Source: a virus
Length of the DNA: 50,791 nucleotides
UHGV virus genome: UHGV-0205652
Strand: one strand, 5' to 3'
Of the stretch, positions 8,508 to 18,857 are shown in pieces. The notes below the pieces were generated by a model, which saw only the letters and a program-made list of their open reading frames with translations, searched no databases and was not told where the DNA came from. The position numbers and the translations under genes were made by a program. Each line of letters starts with the position of its first letter. Positions within the stretch are counted from its first letter, which is position 1.

Positions 8508-8801
8508 ATGGATAAATCAAGGCAGCAATTTGAAGAGTGGCGCAGTAAGAATAAATCATCAACGATAAATCTATTCGATGTATGGCAAGCATCACGCGAG
8601 AGTTTGGAAAAAGAACGTGACGAAGCCATTAAGCATTTAATTCTAGTTTTCCAGCAATACGCAAATAATGACCATTTATTTATGTCGGCTGGTGAAGATG
8701 CTTGCGAGTTTTTAGGTGACTTAGGCTATGGTATTGATACTGGTCGAACTCTTGAATTAACCGATAAAGGTAAGCAATTAATTAAAGAAGATTGGGAGTG
8801 A
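8508..8801 (+). CDS. Hypothetical protein (97 aa)
   Basis: SD GGTGGAG. Confidence 0.6.
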   Translation: MDKSRQQFEEWRSKNKSSTINLFDVWQASRESLEKERDEAIKHLILVFQQYANNDHLFMSAGEDACEFLGDLGYGIDTGRTLELTDKGKQLIKEDWE

Positions 8802-8810
8802 AAATAAAAG

Positions 8811-9047
8811 ATGAATAAAAATGAACTTCAAGTATTAATCGATTATACCAAAGGCATGATTGCAGATAATAAGGAGCCAGAAAAGAAAGTTATTGTTGCA
8901 TTGTGTGATGAGTTGGAGAGAGTTATTGGTAAATATCCAGTCGGTTTTGTTTCTGAAAAAGAACTTAGAAATTTAAATATTAAATTTACTACGCTATATC
9001 CATTAAAAAATAGCAACCATAATATACCACTCTACCGCCTAGATTAA
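8811..9047 (+). CDS. Hypothetical protein (78 aa)
   Basis: ORF coupled to the upstream gene. Confidence 0.55.
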   Translation: MNKNELQVLIDYTKGMIADNKEPEKKVIVALCDELERVIGKYPVGFVSEKELRNLNIKFTTLYPLKNSNHNIPLYRLD

Positions 9048-9049
9048 AT

Positions 9050-9208
9050 ATGAAACTAATAATCGGATATGTATTACTCATGCTAATACAGGGTTCTGCT
9101 GTGCCTGTAACTGAGCAAATATACACACAGCAAGAATGCGAGAGCCGTGCCAGTCAATTAATGCAGGTGCTGGATGTTGAGATAGTTTGTGGGGAGGTGT
9201 GGCGATGA
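9050..9208 (+). CDS. Small protein with a signal-peptide-like N-terminus (52 aa)
   Basis: Hydrophobic 'LIIGYVLLMLIQGSA'. The stop overlaps the next ATG. Confidence 0.3.
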   Translation: MKLIIGYVLLMLIQGSAVPVTEQIYTQQECESRASQLMQVLDVEIVCGEVWR

Positions 9209-9366
9209 AATTTAAAGTCGGCGATAAGGTTAAAGTTAAGGGGTATGAGAAAATTGGGGTTATTGAATTGGTTCGAGAAGGACTTTACGCGCCCTACTTA
9301 GTGCACGATTGGTGGGACAACCGAGATTGGTACAATGAGAAAATGCTGGAGTTAATCAATGAATAA
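9205..9366 (+). CDS. Small hypothetical protein (53 aa)
   Basis: SD GGGGAGG. ATGA overlaps on both sides. Confidence 0.45.
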   Translation: MKFKVGDKVKVKGYEKIGVIELVREGLYAPYLVHDWWDNRDWYNEKMLELINE

Positions 9367-9715
9367 ATACACCGAACTATCTGACTTCGAGATTAATAAA
9401 AAGGTTGCTGAAAAATTAGGACTGGCGTACGAAGTCACAAGGTACGGCGTGGTTACAAGGATGAGCAATAAAGAGCAGTGGCGTGAATTCAATCCCTGCA
9501 ACAACCCAGCCGATGCAATGCCGATTATTATTGAGAACAATATCTCATTGCACGCCCCTCACTTAAGGGAAGGCTGGATGGCTGAGTATACCGGTAGTGG
9601 TGACGATGTTAATGACGGGCTTCAGGCTGATTATTTTGATGCACATCATAAAAACCCACTACGCGCCGCTATGGAAGTGTTCTTAATGATGAAGGATGCG
9701 GAGAATGAGGACTGA
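9359..9715 (+). CDS. Phage protein, DUF2591-like
   Basis: The 'FNPCNNPADAMPII' motif is recalled from DUF2591 family members. This rests on memory, not a search. Confidence 0.5.
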   Translation: MNKYTELSDFEINKKVAEKLGLAYEVTRYGVVTRMSNKEQWREFNPCNNPADAMPIIIENNISLHAPHLREGWMAEYTGSGDDVNDGLQADYFDAHHKNPLRAAMEVFLMMKDAENED

Positions 9716-10250
9716 TTACGGAGGTAGCCATACACCAAAGGAATTGCGTGATAGATGGCAAACTCCCCTACCTTTATTCACGGCACTGGACGCTGAATTT
9801 GGTTTTTATTTAGATGCCGCTGCCGATAAAAATAATGCCCTCTGTTCTCATTACCTCACCGAAAAAGACGACTCGTTAAATTGCGACTGGGAAAGTTATG
9901 GTGCTATTTGGGTGAATCCCACGTACAGTGAAATTCAGCCTTGGGTTAATAAATCCGCCGAACAATGCAAAAAACAATTACAGCCTATCGTGATGTTAAT
10001 TCCTGCTGATACTTCTGTCGGTTGGTTTAATTCGGCATTAGAAACAGTTGATGAAGTGAGATTAATTACAGGAGGAAGAATTTCATTTATTAAAGCTGAA
10101 ACTGATAAAACTAAAAATGGTAATACTAAAGGCTCAATGCTTTTAATATGGCGACCTTATATTAAACCAAGAAAGATAATTAACACTGTCGATAGAGACG
10201 AGTTAATTAATATCGGCAATAAAATATTAAATGAATGGAAAATAGCATAG
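9696..10250 (+). CDS. dam: Phage DNA N6-adenine methyltransferase (Dam, T1-type family)
   Basis: 'TPLPLFTALDAEFGFYLDAAAD' and an NPTY (motif IV-like) signature as in phage Dam methylases. Confidence 0.75.
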   Translation: MRRMRTDYGGSHTPKELRDRWQTPLPLFTALDAEFGFYLDAAADKNNALCSHYLTEKDDSLNCDWESYGAIWVNPTYSEIQPWVNKSAEQCKKQLQPIVMLIPADTSVGWFNSALETVDEVRLITGGRISFIKAETDKTKNGNTKGSMLLIWRPYIKPRKIINTVDRDELINIGNKILNEWKIA

Positions 10251-10257
10251 GTGAATT

Positions 10258-10452
10258 ATGGACATTATCGACTCAGCAAATGAAACAAACGAACTATATA
10301 TTCAAGTGTCATTATCAAATCGCAAGGCAGCAATTAAATCATATAGCGGAATGTGTATCTGGTGCCACCAAGAACCAGTCGCACCTAATGGCGCATATTG
10401 CAGTAAAGATTGCGGCGATGATCATGAGCAATATAAACGGAAGAATGGATAG
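10258..10452 (+). CDS. Small Cys-rich (zinc-ribbon-like) protein (64 aa)
   Basis: CxxC...CxxxC pattern. SD TAGGTGA. Confidence 0.45.
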   Translation: MDIIDSANETNELYIQVSLSNRKAAIKSYSGMCIWCHQEPVAPNGAYCSKDCGDDHEQYKRKNG

Positions 10453-10462
10453 GAGAATGAAA

Positions 10463-10654
10463 ATGACTAACTCAGATTTAATTGTAGAAAAGGATGTTTA
10501 CGAATGGATCGGCGTTAAACGTACCGCATTGTGGCGTTTAAAGAAAGAGTGTGGATTCCCTAAGCCAGTCCTGTCTAGACCAGCAAAATATAAAAAATCA
10601 GCGATACAGCAGTGGATAGATAACGGTGGAATTAACCAGAAGCCAGCTTCTTAA
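10463..10654 (+). CDS. xis: AlpA-family excisionase/transcriptional regulator
   Basis: 'VYEWIGVKRTALWRLKKECGFPKP' is a typical AlpA HTH. Start set at the ATG with SD AGGAG, not the long 10235 ORF. The 3' end overlaps the int 3' end. Confidence 0.75.
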   Translation: MTNSDLIVEKDVYEWIGVKRTALWRLKKECGFPKPVLSRPAKYKKSAIQQWIDNGGINQKPAS

Positions 10655-11807
10655 CATGCCAGAATATTTTATCTGCATACATCTCATAAGCGCTTCTCTG
10701 ATCATCTATCCAATCATGTTTATTGTAAACAGCCATTACCCCGCCAAGTTCATGCCCCAGCATCTTTTCTGTCACATGGGGCATCACGCCTTCACTAGAT
10801 AGGTTCGTCACAATAGAACGTCTAAAGTCATGTGTACGCCACTCAGGAATATCAATTGATTTTCTAAGCTTATTCATGAATTTATTAGCTGACGACCTAT
10901 CTATCGCTTTATCTATCTCCTGTCCGGCAAATAAAATCTCATTACCGTTATTTAGTAACCTTTCTATATATGGCTCGACCTGTTTGAATATTGGGCGCCT
11001 AATAATATTACCCATTTTTGAGTGCTCTCTTGGCGTTGTCCAGATCATATCTTCCATGTTGAATTCAGAGGCGTTTGCCATCCTCATCTCAGAAAGACGA
11101 GAACCATACAGCATTAGCATCTGATGAAGCAGTTTATTGGAAGTGACTATTTTACAGTTTTCCAAAGCAAGCCAGATTTTAGCGAGTTCTGTGTACGTAA
11201 GAACTCGATCGCCAATATCGGGACGCTTACCAATAGTTTTAGGGCTTAACTTAAGTACTTCGCAAGATGAAATAAATTGACGACTAATACACCAGTTAAT
11301 AACAGATCTGAGTTGCATTAAAAGCACCCTAGCCTTCTTTGGGTTTGTTTTTTCTTGTTTATCGAAAAATTTAACCCACGATGAAATGGGTACATCAGCA
11401 ACAGGAGTATTTGAAAATTGTGTGTACATCGTGTTGTACACGATCGACTTATATAATGTCTTGGTGTTCGGTTTTAGCTGTGACGCATATTTATCCCACC
11501 AGTAATCTAGGCAATCTTTTAATGACGCCTCGGTCTCACCTTTTGAAAAATATATTTTGGGGTCAATCCCTTTAGTGTACAATTCACGCATATTTCCAAT
11601 AATGACCCTAGCCTCTTTTAGGGATATCGCTGGATAGTGGCCGACAGTCAACCTGACAGCCTTACCATTCCAGCGATATCTATATTGAAATGCTATTGTT
11701 CCGTTAGGGGATATGCGAGCGCTAAGGCCGTCACCATCGGTTAACTCTGGTTTTCCTGAGTATGGTTTATTAAAAAGGCTTCTTAGTTTGGTGTCGCTTA
11801 ATGCCAT
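10632..11807 (-). CDS. int: Tyrosine integrase, P4-like family (arm-binding N-terminal domain plus catalytic core)
   Basis: N-terminal 'LSDTKLRSL...GDGLSARISPNGTIAFQYRYR' and C-terminal R...HxxR...Y pattern ('THDFRRS', 'LGHELGGVMAVY'). Confidence 0.9.
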   Translation of the reverse strand: MALSDTKLRSLFNKPYSGKPELTDGDGLSARISPNGTIAFQYRYRWNGKAVRLTVGHYPAISLKEARVIIGNMRELYTKGIDPKIYFSKGETEASLKDCLDYWWDKYASQLKPNTKTLYKSIVYNTMYTQFSNTPVADVPISSWVKFFDKQEKTNPKKARVLLMQLRSVINWCISRQFISSCEVLKLSPKTIGKRPDIGDRVLTYTELAKIWLALENCKIVTSNKLLHQMLMLYGSRLSEMRMANASEFNMEDMIWTTPREHSKMGNIIRRPIFKQVEPYIERLLNNGNEILFAGQEIDKAIDRSSANKFMNKLRKSIDIPEWRTHDFRRSIVTNLSSEGVMPHVTEKMLGHELGGVMAVYNKHDWIDDQRSAYEMYADKIFWHVKKLASG

Positions 11808-12193
11808 CGCTTTATCTCATGTACACAATGAATATTTCGTTAATGTACTCAATATGTACAAAATGGCAAGCGAACCAAGACATAAAACATAAAAACACAA
11901 GAAAACACAAAAGAACAAAAATGAACTAACAACTTGATTCATTCACCACAAAAACGGTACTATACGGACACTGAGAAACAGTTAAGCACCCTCTCGCAAA
12001 ATGTTCCCTTAGTTAAATGGATATAATGAGTAAAATATATAACCTACTGTATTTACTACCATAAATAACAGGTGAGCATATCAAAAAGTACACTTTTATG
12101 TACACAATATAAAATGCAACCCTCAAAATTACCGTTTTTTACCCATCAATTCTCCCACCCTGCTATACTCTCCAAAAACTAACCGGATCTACT
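11808..12193. other. Putative attP: non-coding AT-rich region upstream of int with four copies of an 11-bp arm-type repeat ATGTAC(A/T)CAAT (three clustered at 11819-11865, one at 12097-12110)
   Basis: Direct repeats read from the sequence. The 3-plus-1 arrangement about 280 bp apart resembles P' and P arm clusters. The core was not identified. Confidence 0.45.
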
Positions 12194-12424
12194 ATGAACC
12201 TCGCAAACCTAACTCAAGAAGAAAAAGACAAGATTAATGTCGATTTAGCCGCTTCAGGTGTCGCATACAAAGAGCGACTCAATATGCCAGTTGTCGCCTC
12301 AGAAGTTGAACGACAACAACCAGCACATTTGAGAGCATACTTTAATGAACGATTGACGTTTTATCGTGAGAGAAGTAAGAAGTTGCCGGATGGAAAATCG
12401 GTGCAGTATTTGAAGACAGAATAA
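12194..12424 (+). CDS. Hypothetical protein (76 aa) in the b-region between attP and the tail fibre, on the opposite strand to the late operon
   Basis: Isolated + strand ORF. Possible moron or lysogenic-conversion gene. Confidence 0.45.
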   Translation: MNLANLTQEEKDKINVDLAASGVAYKERLNMPVVASEVERQQPAHLRAYFNERLTFYRERSKKLPDGKSVQYLKTE

Positions 12425-12428
12425 TTAA

Positions 12429-13832
12429 TTATAGCAATACGTCATTTTCACCTAACCCGAATTGTGCTTTCATCTCCTCTTCTTTTTGTCTGCGTTCCTC
12501 TTCCGCTTTCTGTACCTCTTCCATCTCATGCATTCTCACGTTATAGATTGATTGCTCTGGCATCTGCACACGAACAGAGATAAAACGGCCATCAGGAATA
12601 TCAATTGGGTCTCCGTCATTGAAACCGTTAATGTCATTACGAGCAAAGTCAGGTGCGTTAGGATGAGTACGATGATACGTTTTAACGAGAATAGAGCCGT
12701 CTTTGTTAATTTCAGCGTCAACCCAAATAAGAGGCTGTTTATTAACATCAAGTGGAATTTCAATACCACCATCAACACCGCCCCAACCTGCATCTGAGTT
12801 AAAGCCTAAAACGCCTTCGATAAGATATTCACCCTGAGCTACTCGAGTAACTGTAGCACCTTCTGATTCGTCGTTAGTGGTGAATGTGCCGTCGGGATTG
12901 ATGTCGATGATTGGAGAGGCGCGTTTAATAAAACCTTGAGGGTCTGTTGTAGTGTTAATACTTCCCCATAATGTATTAAACAGCTCACTCCCATCATTCA
13001 ACCTCCTGCTAACAACCATTGTTGAAGTAGCCCTAATGAACATTCTAGCGATAAGGTTATTGCTATATCGAATATTCAATCCAGCGCCGTATGTCCCGAA
13101 TTTATTATCGTCACTCCCTCCACCTTGACGAAAAAATATTGTAGGCATAGACATATCATCTAATTCAGAATTAGTCATTGCTACGGATGTACCACCAACA
13201 CCATAATCACCAGAAATTAATAGTGTTCCTGTTTTTTTTGGTATTTGAATTCCGTTATAACCCGATGCAGAATTTAGTTCGATATTGGTTCCACCTGCAT
13301 TACTGGTCGTCAATGATATTGATGTTTTACCATCTGCTGATTTTGAAGTTAGTTTCGTTGTTGCTTCTATCGCTGATGTGAATGATTGTGTTTTTGATAA
13401 GGTTAAATCAGCTTTATTACTAATATCCCCCTGCATCTTCTTAATGCTATCGAGTGTGACCTTTTGCCCATTAGATAGCTCTACTGTCACCACACCGTTA
13501 TTCATCATCCATTGGTCCATTGCTCGCAGAAAATACGTCGTATCTGATGCAATAGCGGTCATACGATTATTAGCGTCGCTGTATGAGTTCGGCTCAGTGA
13601 GATTAATACTGTAACTGGTGTTTTTTACGGTAAATGTAGCCGGCTGTGAAATGACTAATTCTGTATCGTTATTTACCCTATCGACCATATAGGGGTAATT
13701 CATATTGCCGTTTTTAATTAAAATTAATGTTCCTGCTCGAATAGCGGGATTATTTACGGTCCATTTGGTGCCTGTGCCAGAGACAATAGCAGACCCTGAC
13801 ACTGTGCTAACAGTGCCTGTTGTGTATATCAT
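12429..13832 (-). CDS. Tail fibre / receptor-binding protein
   Basis: Immediately downstream of J. Ser/Thr/Gly/Asn-rich and beta-rich, with a charged coiled C-terminal tail. Confidence 0.65.
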   Translation of the reverse strand: MIYTTGTVSTVSGSAIVSGTGTKWTVNNPAIRAGTLILIKNGNMNYPYMVDRVNNDTELVISQPATFTVKNTSYSINLTEPNSYSDANNRMTAIASDTTYFLRAMDQWMMNNGVVTVELSNGQKVTLDSIKKMQGDISNKADLTLSKTQSFTSAIEATTKLTSKSADGKTSISLTTSNAGGTNIELNSASGYNGIQIPKKTGTLLISGDYGVGGTSVAMTNSELDDMSMPTIFFRQGGGSDDNKFGTYGAGLNIRYSNNLIARMFIRATSTMVVSRRLNDGSELFNTLWGSINTTTDPQGFIKRASPIIDINPDGTFTTNDESEGATVTRVAQGEYLIEGVLGFNSDAGWGGVDGGIEIPLDVNKQPLIWVDAEINKDGSILVKTYHRTHPNAPDFARNDINGFNDGDPIDIPDGRFISVRVQMPEQSIYNVRMHEMEEVQKAEEERRQKEEEMKAQFGLGENDVLL

Positions 13833-13834
13833 GA

Positions 13835-16800
13835 TTATGAATTCCTAAATGATGAAGAGTTTGACTTACTGGCAGTGATGATGCAGTCGAATAGCTTAAC
13901 GTAAACGCGCCCTCTTCCGGTGGTTTCCCCGTTAATGATTATCTCTACATTTTTTCTTCCTGCTGGAATTTTGAATGAATACTGAGAAAATGAGTACAAC
14001 CCTTTGGCTTGCTCTGCGGTATTAGCAACATCAAGGTACTTTTTTTCCCCATCAACTACTATTGACACCCTAACGCCGGACAGATAGGTCGCCTCACCCA
14101 TGACGATAACTAACGGTATAGTAATCATTACATCGTATGGCACACCCCCAGCATAAATAACTTTGGATGAAGTGACCTGTGTTTGATAACTACCGTAAGT
14201 GCCCTCTGATTCCGAGCCCTTTATAACATAACTCGTAGATACATCACCGATTAACCTCTCAGCATAAACGGTTCCCTTGAAATTACCATCAGCTCCGTCG
14301 ATAGTTCCTCTAAATGTCGCATTATTAAATTCGGCGTTACCAGTATTTGCATCAATGATAAACCCAGCTTTACCTAATTCGTAATTCTTGGACTTAATGG
14401 CTTCAGATAACACCATTTCACGTACATTTGCTTTATCTAAAAACGCTTCTTTGATAAAGAACTGCCCATTTTTGGCATACATAAACAATTCCATCTTGCC
14501 ATTTACAGGATTATACCAAGCAAAGTTATTCGCGTTATAACCGATATAGGACTCCAGTTTCCCGTTCTTAACCTGAGCGCTAATCACTTGCCCTGCTGCG
14601 TTATAACTCACGCCATTGTGTTTAATCGTGATATTAATCGAGTGGGTAACTACACCGTCACCGGTTTGCTCAAACGTGGCCTGCATTTTTTGGTTAATCA
14701 TGCCCTGCTGTTTGCCGAATTGCGCTTGTACCTGCTCTTCGGATTTAGCCATGGCTTTATTCGTTTCAGATATCGCCTCTTTATTCGTTAAAACATCAGC
14801 ACGAATACGGCCGACTTCTTTATCTGTATTGCCTAACTTCTGGTTGGTATCATCAATGCGTCTATTTGTTGCATCATTGGTTGTTTTTAACTCTGTGCGG
14901 ATCTCCGTAGTTGTTTGGCCGAACGCCTTGTTTAACTCGGTTATTGATGTTTGAGTTTCTTTAATTTCTGCACGTAAGGCTTTATCGTTATCCTCTATTG
15001 ATGCATATACACGCTTAATATCCTGCGCCCAGGCTTCATTATCAGAAACTCGGAGTTGTTGTAGTTGAGTAATACCGGCCTGCGCATTAGCGGAATATCG
15101 CAATACATCCGTAGATAGCGAATAGGTGGCATTAGTTAGTTCAGCAATAGACTCCGTATTCCAATTCAATTTTTCGTCAAGTTGTTTACCTGCCTCTGTT
15201 GCCATGAATTGGCCGTCTAACTCATCGAGAATAGCCTCCGTGTTATCATCAGCTTGCCCCTTAGCCTCCACAAAATGAGACTTTCCATATTCATTTACGC
15301 TTCTTACATAAAACCAGTAATCGCGCCCCGCCTTTAATTGCCCTTTTGTCCAAAACTTAGCGCGACCTAAGAAATCAGCCTTTGACTCTATTTCATTAAC
15401 ATTGTCTATTCTTCTTTCACCAGAAAACCAGAACTCAAACTCGGTATTTAGAGTGTGTGGCGCGGCGATATGAGGGATTAACTTTATTTCAAAAAAACCA
15501 GACTCAACAATTATTGAGCTAGGCGCACTTGGCGTACCAATAACCATCTGGACTTTTGATTCATTACCAAGCATCCCATTAGTATCTCTGCCTCTTACAC
15601 CGACAAGATAGTCACCAGCTTCAAGCCCATTAAAGTAGTAATCTAAATCTGTGGTATTACCAGTAGATACAACCTTACTGTCTTTATAAAGAGTGACATT
15701 AAATGAAATATTTCTGTTGATGGTTGTTGTCATCCACATTGCCCTAGCCTGAACTTGTGAGCTGTCATTGACATAGGCAATGGAAAGTCGCTCTATATTA
15801 GGGATCCTGATAACGTTTTGCGTTGGAGGGCTTCCAGTAAAATCAACACCATTATCAACAATACGCTCTTTTTGCGGTTCGTGTTGAATGCAGTTATATA
15901 AATAAATCCCGTCTTTGTCTTCCGAAATGGTAATGACTCGAAACAATCCTGTTTTTAGCGTGCTTTTGGTAATGGAAAACACACCATATTGTTTCAGTCC
16001 ACGAGGAATCTCACGCAAAGTGACAATATCACCATCGATAGATTGAATGTCTATTTTCTCGAACCCGCCTGATGACCCTAAAAATGAGAAAGCACCTTTA
16101 TCGTCATATTCCCAATCTATAGGCGCGTCAATAGTAATAGTGCTACCATTAACTGATAAAACCCGACCTCCTACCTTCACTCCTGCAAAGCTATCGTCTG
16201 CTACTTCAATAATATCGCCAGAGATGCAGTTAATCCCCTCTCTTCCTGTTGGGAATGTAACGCCATCTTTCTCCAGCTTTTCTGTCTGTAATATCCACTT
16301 ACCCACTCTGTGAGCCTGTCCGCGACTAGTGCAACCAAAAGCAGTAACTTTCTTAACATTTACACCGCCGAATCGCTGAATAAGATCATCATCTTGGATA
16401 AATTCTCTTTCTTCACTCCATCCATTACTCGGGTTTACCCATGACACCTCGATAGCATTATGACGGGCTGATTTCGCTGTTGATGTATATTTAAATTTTC
16501 CATCAATAACATTTGAGTTTGTGTACGTCCATACTGGATCTGATGGTCTATCTTGAAAGCACGTTAATTGCTGTCCGTCCCATAAAGGCATACCGCGAAA
16601 TACAGACGCTAAGTCATCAAGCACTTCTTTGGCTTTTCGTTGAGAGGTAATGTAGGCATTAAAAGTAAAGCGAGGCTCTTTGTTGCCAAACCCATCATCA
16701 ACCAATTCATCACAGTAACGAGCAATGGCATATAGCGCGAATTTATCAACGCCAAACGAGCCGATCATCTCTCCTATGCCGTATCGTTCATTGGTGACTA

Positions 16801-17632
16801 AATCGTAAAAAACCCATGCAGGGTTATTAGACCATGCTGGCTTGAATCGACCAGTCCAGATGCCTGTATAAGAACGGGACTCGGGATCATAGTTATCTGG
16901 AACTTGGATAATCATCCCTTTGATATGATAGGTGCGATTGGGTGTATCACCGTATTGGGATTTATCGATTTTCATCCCGACGACAGCAGAATTAGGGTAA
17001 GAGAATTTAGCGTCAGTTATTTCTGTGTAGCTTGCCCATACCGTTCCGTTTTTCAGTAGATCACTTTTACTATCATCTGTTAATCGTGAAACTCTAATTT
17101 GGAAAGGTTTCTTTTTAGGCGCATCAATGATATATGATTCTAAATATTGACCACTGATTTTTCCGGTTATTTTTGCTGTTTCTGCATGTGTCCAACCAGA
17201 ACCATCATTAACTTCAATAAGCATTTCTACTGTAGCATCGTGCTGATTTCCCTTGTCATCTTGACTAACAAGAGCAGAAACACCCAAAGTGAATCTAACG
17301 CGGTCAGTTTCCTGATCTGAAATAGTGCGTAAAATTGGTGTGCTTTTTTTTACCTCTACATTGACAGGAATTTCTTTTTCTACAAAAGGAAAATCCTCTA
17401 ATGGTTCTTGCGTTTGCGTTCCTGATCGCCACTGAACCTCAACACCATGAATATTCGGATTGCCATCTTCATCTACAACAGGCGTTCCATTCAATAAAAA
17501 TCCTGACATACCACCGACAGGGCCTTCTATCGGCCCTTCTGAAACTAAATCGATGACATTAAGAAATTGTTTGTTTTTTAAGTTGTCATCGAGCAACCTA
17601 GGAGTGCTTCCTCCACCGCCACCTTTGCCCAT
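13835..17632 (-). CDS. J: Central tail fibre / host specificity protein J (lambda gpJ-like)
   Basis: N-terminal 'MGKGGGGGSTPRLLDDNLK..LNVIDLVSEGPIEGPV' closely parallels lambda J. 1265 aa. Confidence 0.9.
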   Translation of the reverse strand: MGKGGGGGSTPRLLDDNLKNKQFLNVIDLVSEGPIEGPVGGMSGFLLNGTPVVDEDGNPNIHGVEVQWRSGTQTQEPLEDFPFVEKEIPVNVEVKKSTPILRTISDQETDRVRFTLGVSALVSQDDKGNQHDATVEMLIEVNDGSGWTHAETAKITGKISGQYLESYIIDAPKKKPFQIRVSRLTDDSKSDLLKNGTVWASYTEITDAKFSYPNSAVVGMKIDKSQYGDTPNRTYHIKGMIIQVPDNYDPESRSYTGIWTGRFKPAWSNNPAWVFYDLVTNERYGIGEMIGSFGVDKFALYAIARYCDELVDDGFGNKEPRFTFNAYITSQRKAKEVLDDLASVFRGMPLWDGQQLTCFQDRPSDPVWTYTNSNVIDGKFKYTSTAKSARHNAIEVSWVNPSNGWSEEREFIQDDDLIQRFGGVNVKKVTAFGCTSRGQAHRVGKWILQTEKLEKDGVTFPTGREGINCISGDIIEVADDSFAGVKVGGRVLSVNGSTITIDAPIDWEYDDKGAFSFLGSSGGFEKIDIQSIDGDIVTLREIPRGLKQYGVFSITKSTLKTGLFRVITISEDKDGIYLYNCIQHEPQKERIVDNGVDFTGSPPTQNVIRIPNIERLSIAYVNDSSQVQARAMWMTTTINRNISFNVTLYKDSKVVSTGNTTDLDYYFNGLEAGDYLVGVRGRDTNGMLGNESKVQMVIGTPSAPSSIIVESGFFEIKLIPHIAAPHTLNTEFEFWFSGERRIDNVNEIESKADFLGRAKFWTKGQLKAGRDYWFYVRSVNEYGKSHFVEAKGQADDNTEAILDELDGQFMATEAGKQLDEKLNWNTESIAELTNATYSLSTDVLRYSANAQAGITQLQQLRVSDNEAWAQDIKRVYASIEDNDKALRAEIKETQTSITELNKAFGQTTTEIRTELKTTNDATNRRIDDTNQKLGNTDKEVGRIRADVLTNKEAISETNKAMAKSEEQVQAQFGKQQGMINQKMQATFEQTGDGVVTHSINITIKHNGVSYNAAGQVISAQVKNGKLESYIGYNANNFAWYNPVNGKMELFMYAKNGQFFIKEAFLDKANVREMVLSEAIKSKNYELGKAGFIIDANTGNAEFNNATFRGTIDGADGNFKGTVYAERLIGDVSTSYVIKGSESEGTYGSYQTQVTSSKVIYAGGVPYDVMITIPLVIVMGEATYLSGVRVSIVVDGEKKYLDVANTAEQAKGLYSFSQYSFKIPAGRKNVEIIINGETTGRGRVYVKLFDCIITASKSNSSSFRNS

Positions 17633-18198
17633 TAAACAGTCTCCAAACCTTGTGATATTACATTTGAACCCACAACCATCTCGCCATAACAGATAGGAAC
17701 CGGATAACCTTGACCGACTCTATTTGATAGCGAGCTGAAATACTGGTTACTCTCTGAGTTTCGCCCCTCTATACTTGGCGCTGGCGGTGTTTTAGTTAAC
17801 ATGGTTGCCAATCCAGCGGCGGCCACACCTACACCAGCGGCAAATAATGCAGTCGATGTCATCGTTGCCAGAAAACCGCCCGGTATTAAAAATGACGCAC
17901 CAATTAAAGCCGCTCCACCAATAATGCCTAGCCACCCACCGGATTTGGCGCCACCAACTATAGGGACGATCGTAATAACATCGCCTTCACTTAATGGCGT
18001 ATTTAGTCCCGCAGAAATACTATCCTCGGTCATATCATTACCTGCGATACGAACGCGAAACTGACCTTGGTTAATCTCTTTTTTCAACCCATCTATTTGA
18101 TAGCAAAGACAGCGTAAGGCCTCACCTGCATTACTTACCTCAAGCTCGAACCTGCGTCCAAATCTGCGTAAATAGCCTGCAAACTGTAATTTGACCAT
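17632..18198 (-). CDS. I: Tail assembly protein I (lambda gpI-like)
   Basis: Position and the Gly/Ala-rich C-terminal segment. Confidence 0.75.
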   Translation of the reverse strand: MVKLQFAGYLRRFGRRFELEVSNAGEALRCLCYQIDGLKKEINQGQFRVRIAGNDMTEDSISAGLNTPLSEGDVITIVPIVGGAKSGGWLGIIGGAALIGASFLIPGGFLATMTSTALFAAGVGVAAAGLATMLTKTPPAPSIEGRNSESNQYFSSLSNRVGQGYPVPICYGEMVVGSNVISQGLETV

Positions 18199-18854
18199 TG
18201 TTTATGCCTCCAAATGCTGTGAGTGTATTTAAACCAGTAACCACCGTAAGTATCTCGCTTACTCAATCTGTCTGGCCTGTGATGCAATATCTCTTGATTA
18301 CCTAAGTACAACGCAGCGTGACAAGGTTTTGATGTTCCTAAGCAAATCAATATCATATCGCCTGATTGAGCCTCTTCTACTTGATAAAATCCCTGCTTGT
18401 CCGTGTTATCAAGATAGAGATTTTGTTCTGTGTACCACCATTCATCGGGACGAATAAAATCATCTAGCTGAATGCCTGACAGATGATAGGCATCACGTAT
18501 AATGGAATAACAATCCTGCTCACCATGCTTAAACTCTCTACCTAACAGTGGCGCTATTGGCCTGAACTTATGGATCTCTCCATCACATACCAACCACCAA
18601 GGCAGATTTGTTTTCCTTTGTATTGTTCTGTCGCCAGAACTCAGGAAAGGCTTTCCGTCAGGGTGACTATGAACAATAGCTTTGATTTCTGAATAGCACT
18701 CTGCCGTCATCCAATCGTCTGGGTTAATTTCAAAATAGTTTTGCGGATCGGGATGTATGTTTCTGCAAGGGAAATACCTGTCACCCGAAATTAAGCCGCA
18801 AGACTCCCTTACTCCTTCCGCTTTCGCGTGAGCGATAATGTCTTTCTCAATCAT
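18135..18854 (-). CDS. K: Tail assembly protein K (MPN/JAB plus NlpC/P60 domains)
   Basis: 'HSHPDG' JAB motif and a C-terminal Cys/His NlpC-like region. Lambda gene order. Confidence 0.85.
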   Translation of the reverse strand: MIEKDIIAHAKAEGVRESCGLISGDRYFPCRNIHPDPQNYFEINPDDWMTAECYSEIKAIVHSHPDGKPFLSSGDRTIQRKTNLPWWLVCDGEIHKFRPIAPLLGREFKHGEQDCYSIIRDAYHLSGIQLDDFIRPDEWWYTEQNLYLDNTDKQGFYQVEEAQSGDMILICLGTSKPCHAALYLGNQEILHHRPDRLSKRDTYGGYWFKYTHSIWRHKQWSNYSLQAIYADLDAGSSLR

Positions 18855-18857
18855 GGA

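Noticed and set aside
10235-10462. Long 139-aa ORF fusing an upstream segment to the excisionase
   Set aside because: The upstream part has no SD and overlaps the Dam stop. The AlpA-like domain begins at the ATG at 10463 with an AGGAG SD. A separate 64-aa Cys-rich ORF (10258-10452) in another frame better explains the upstream DNA.
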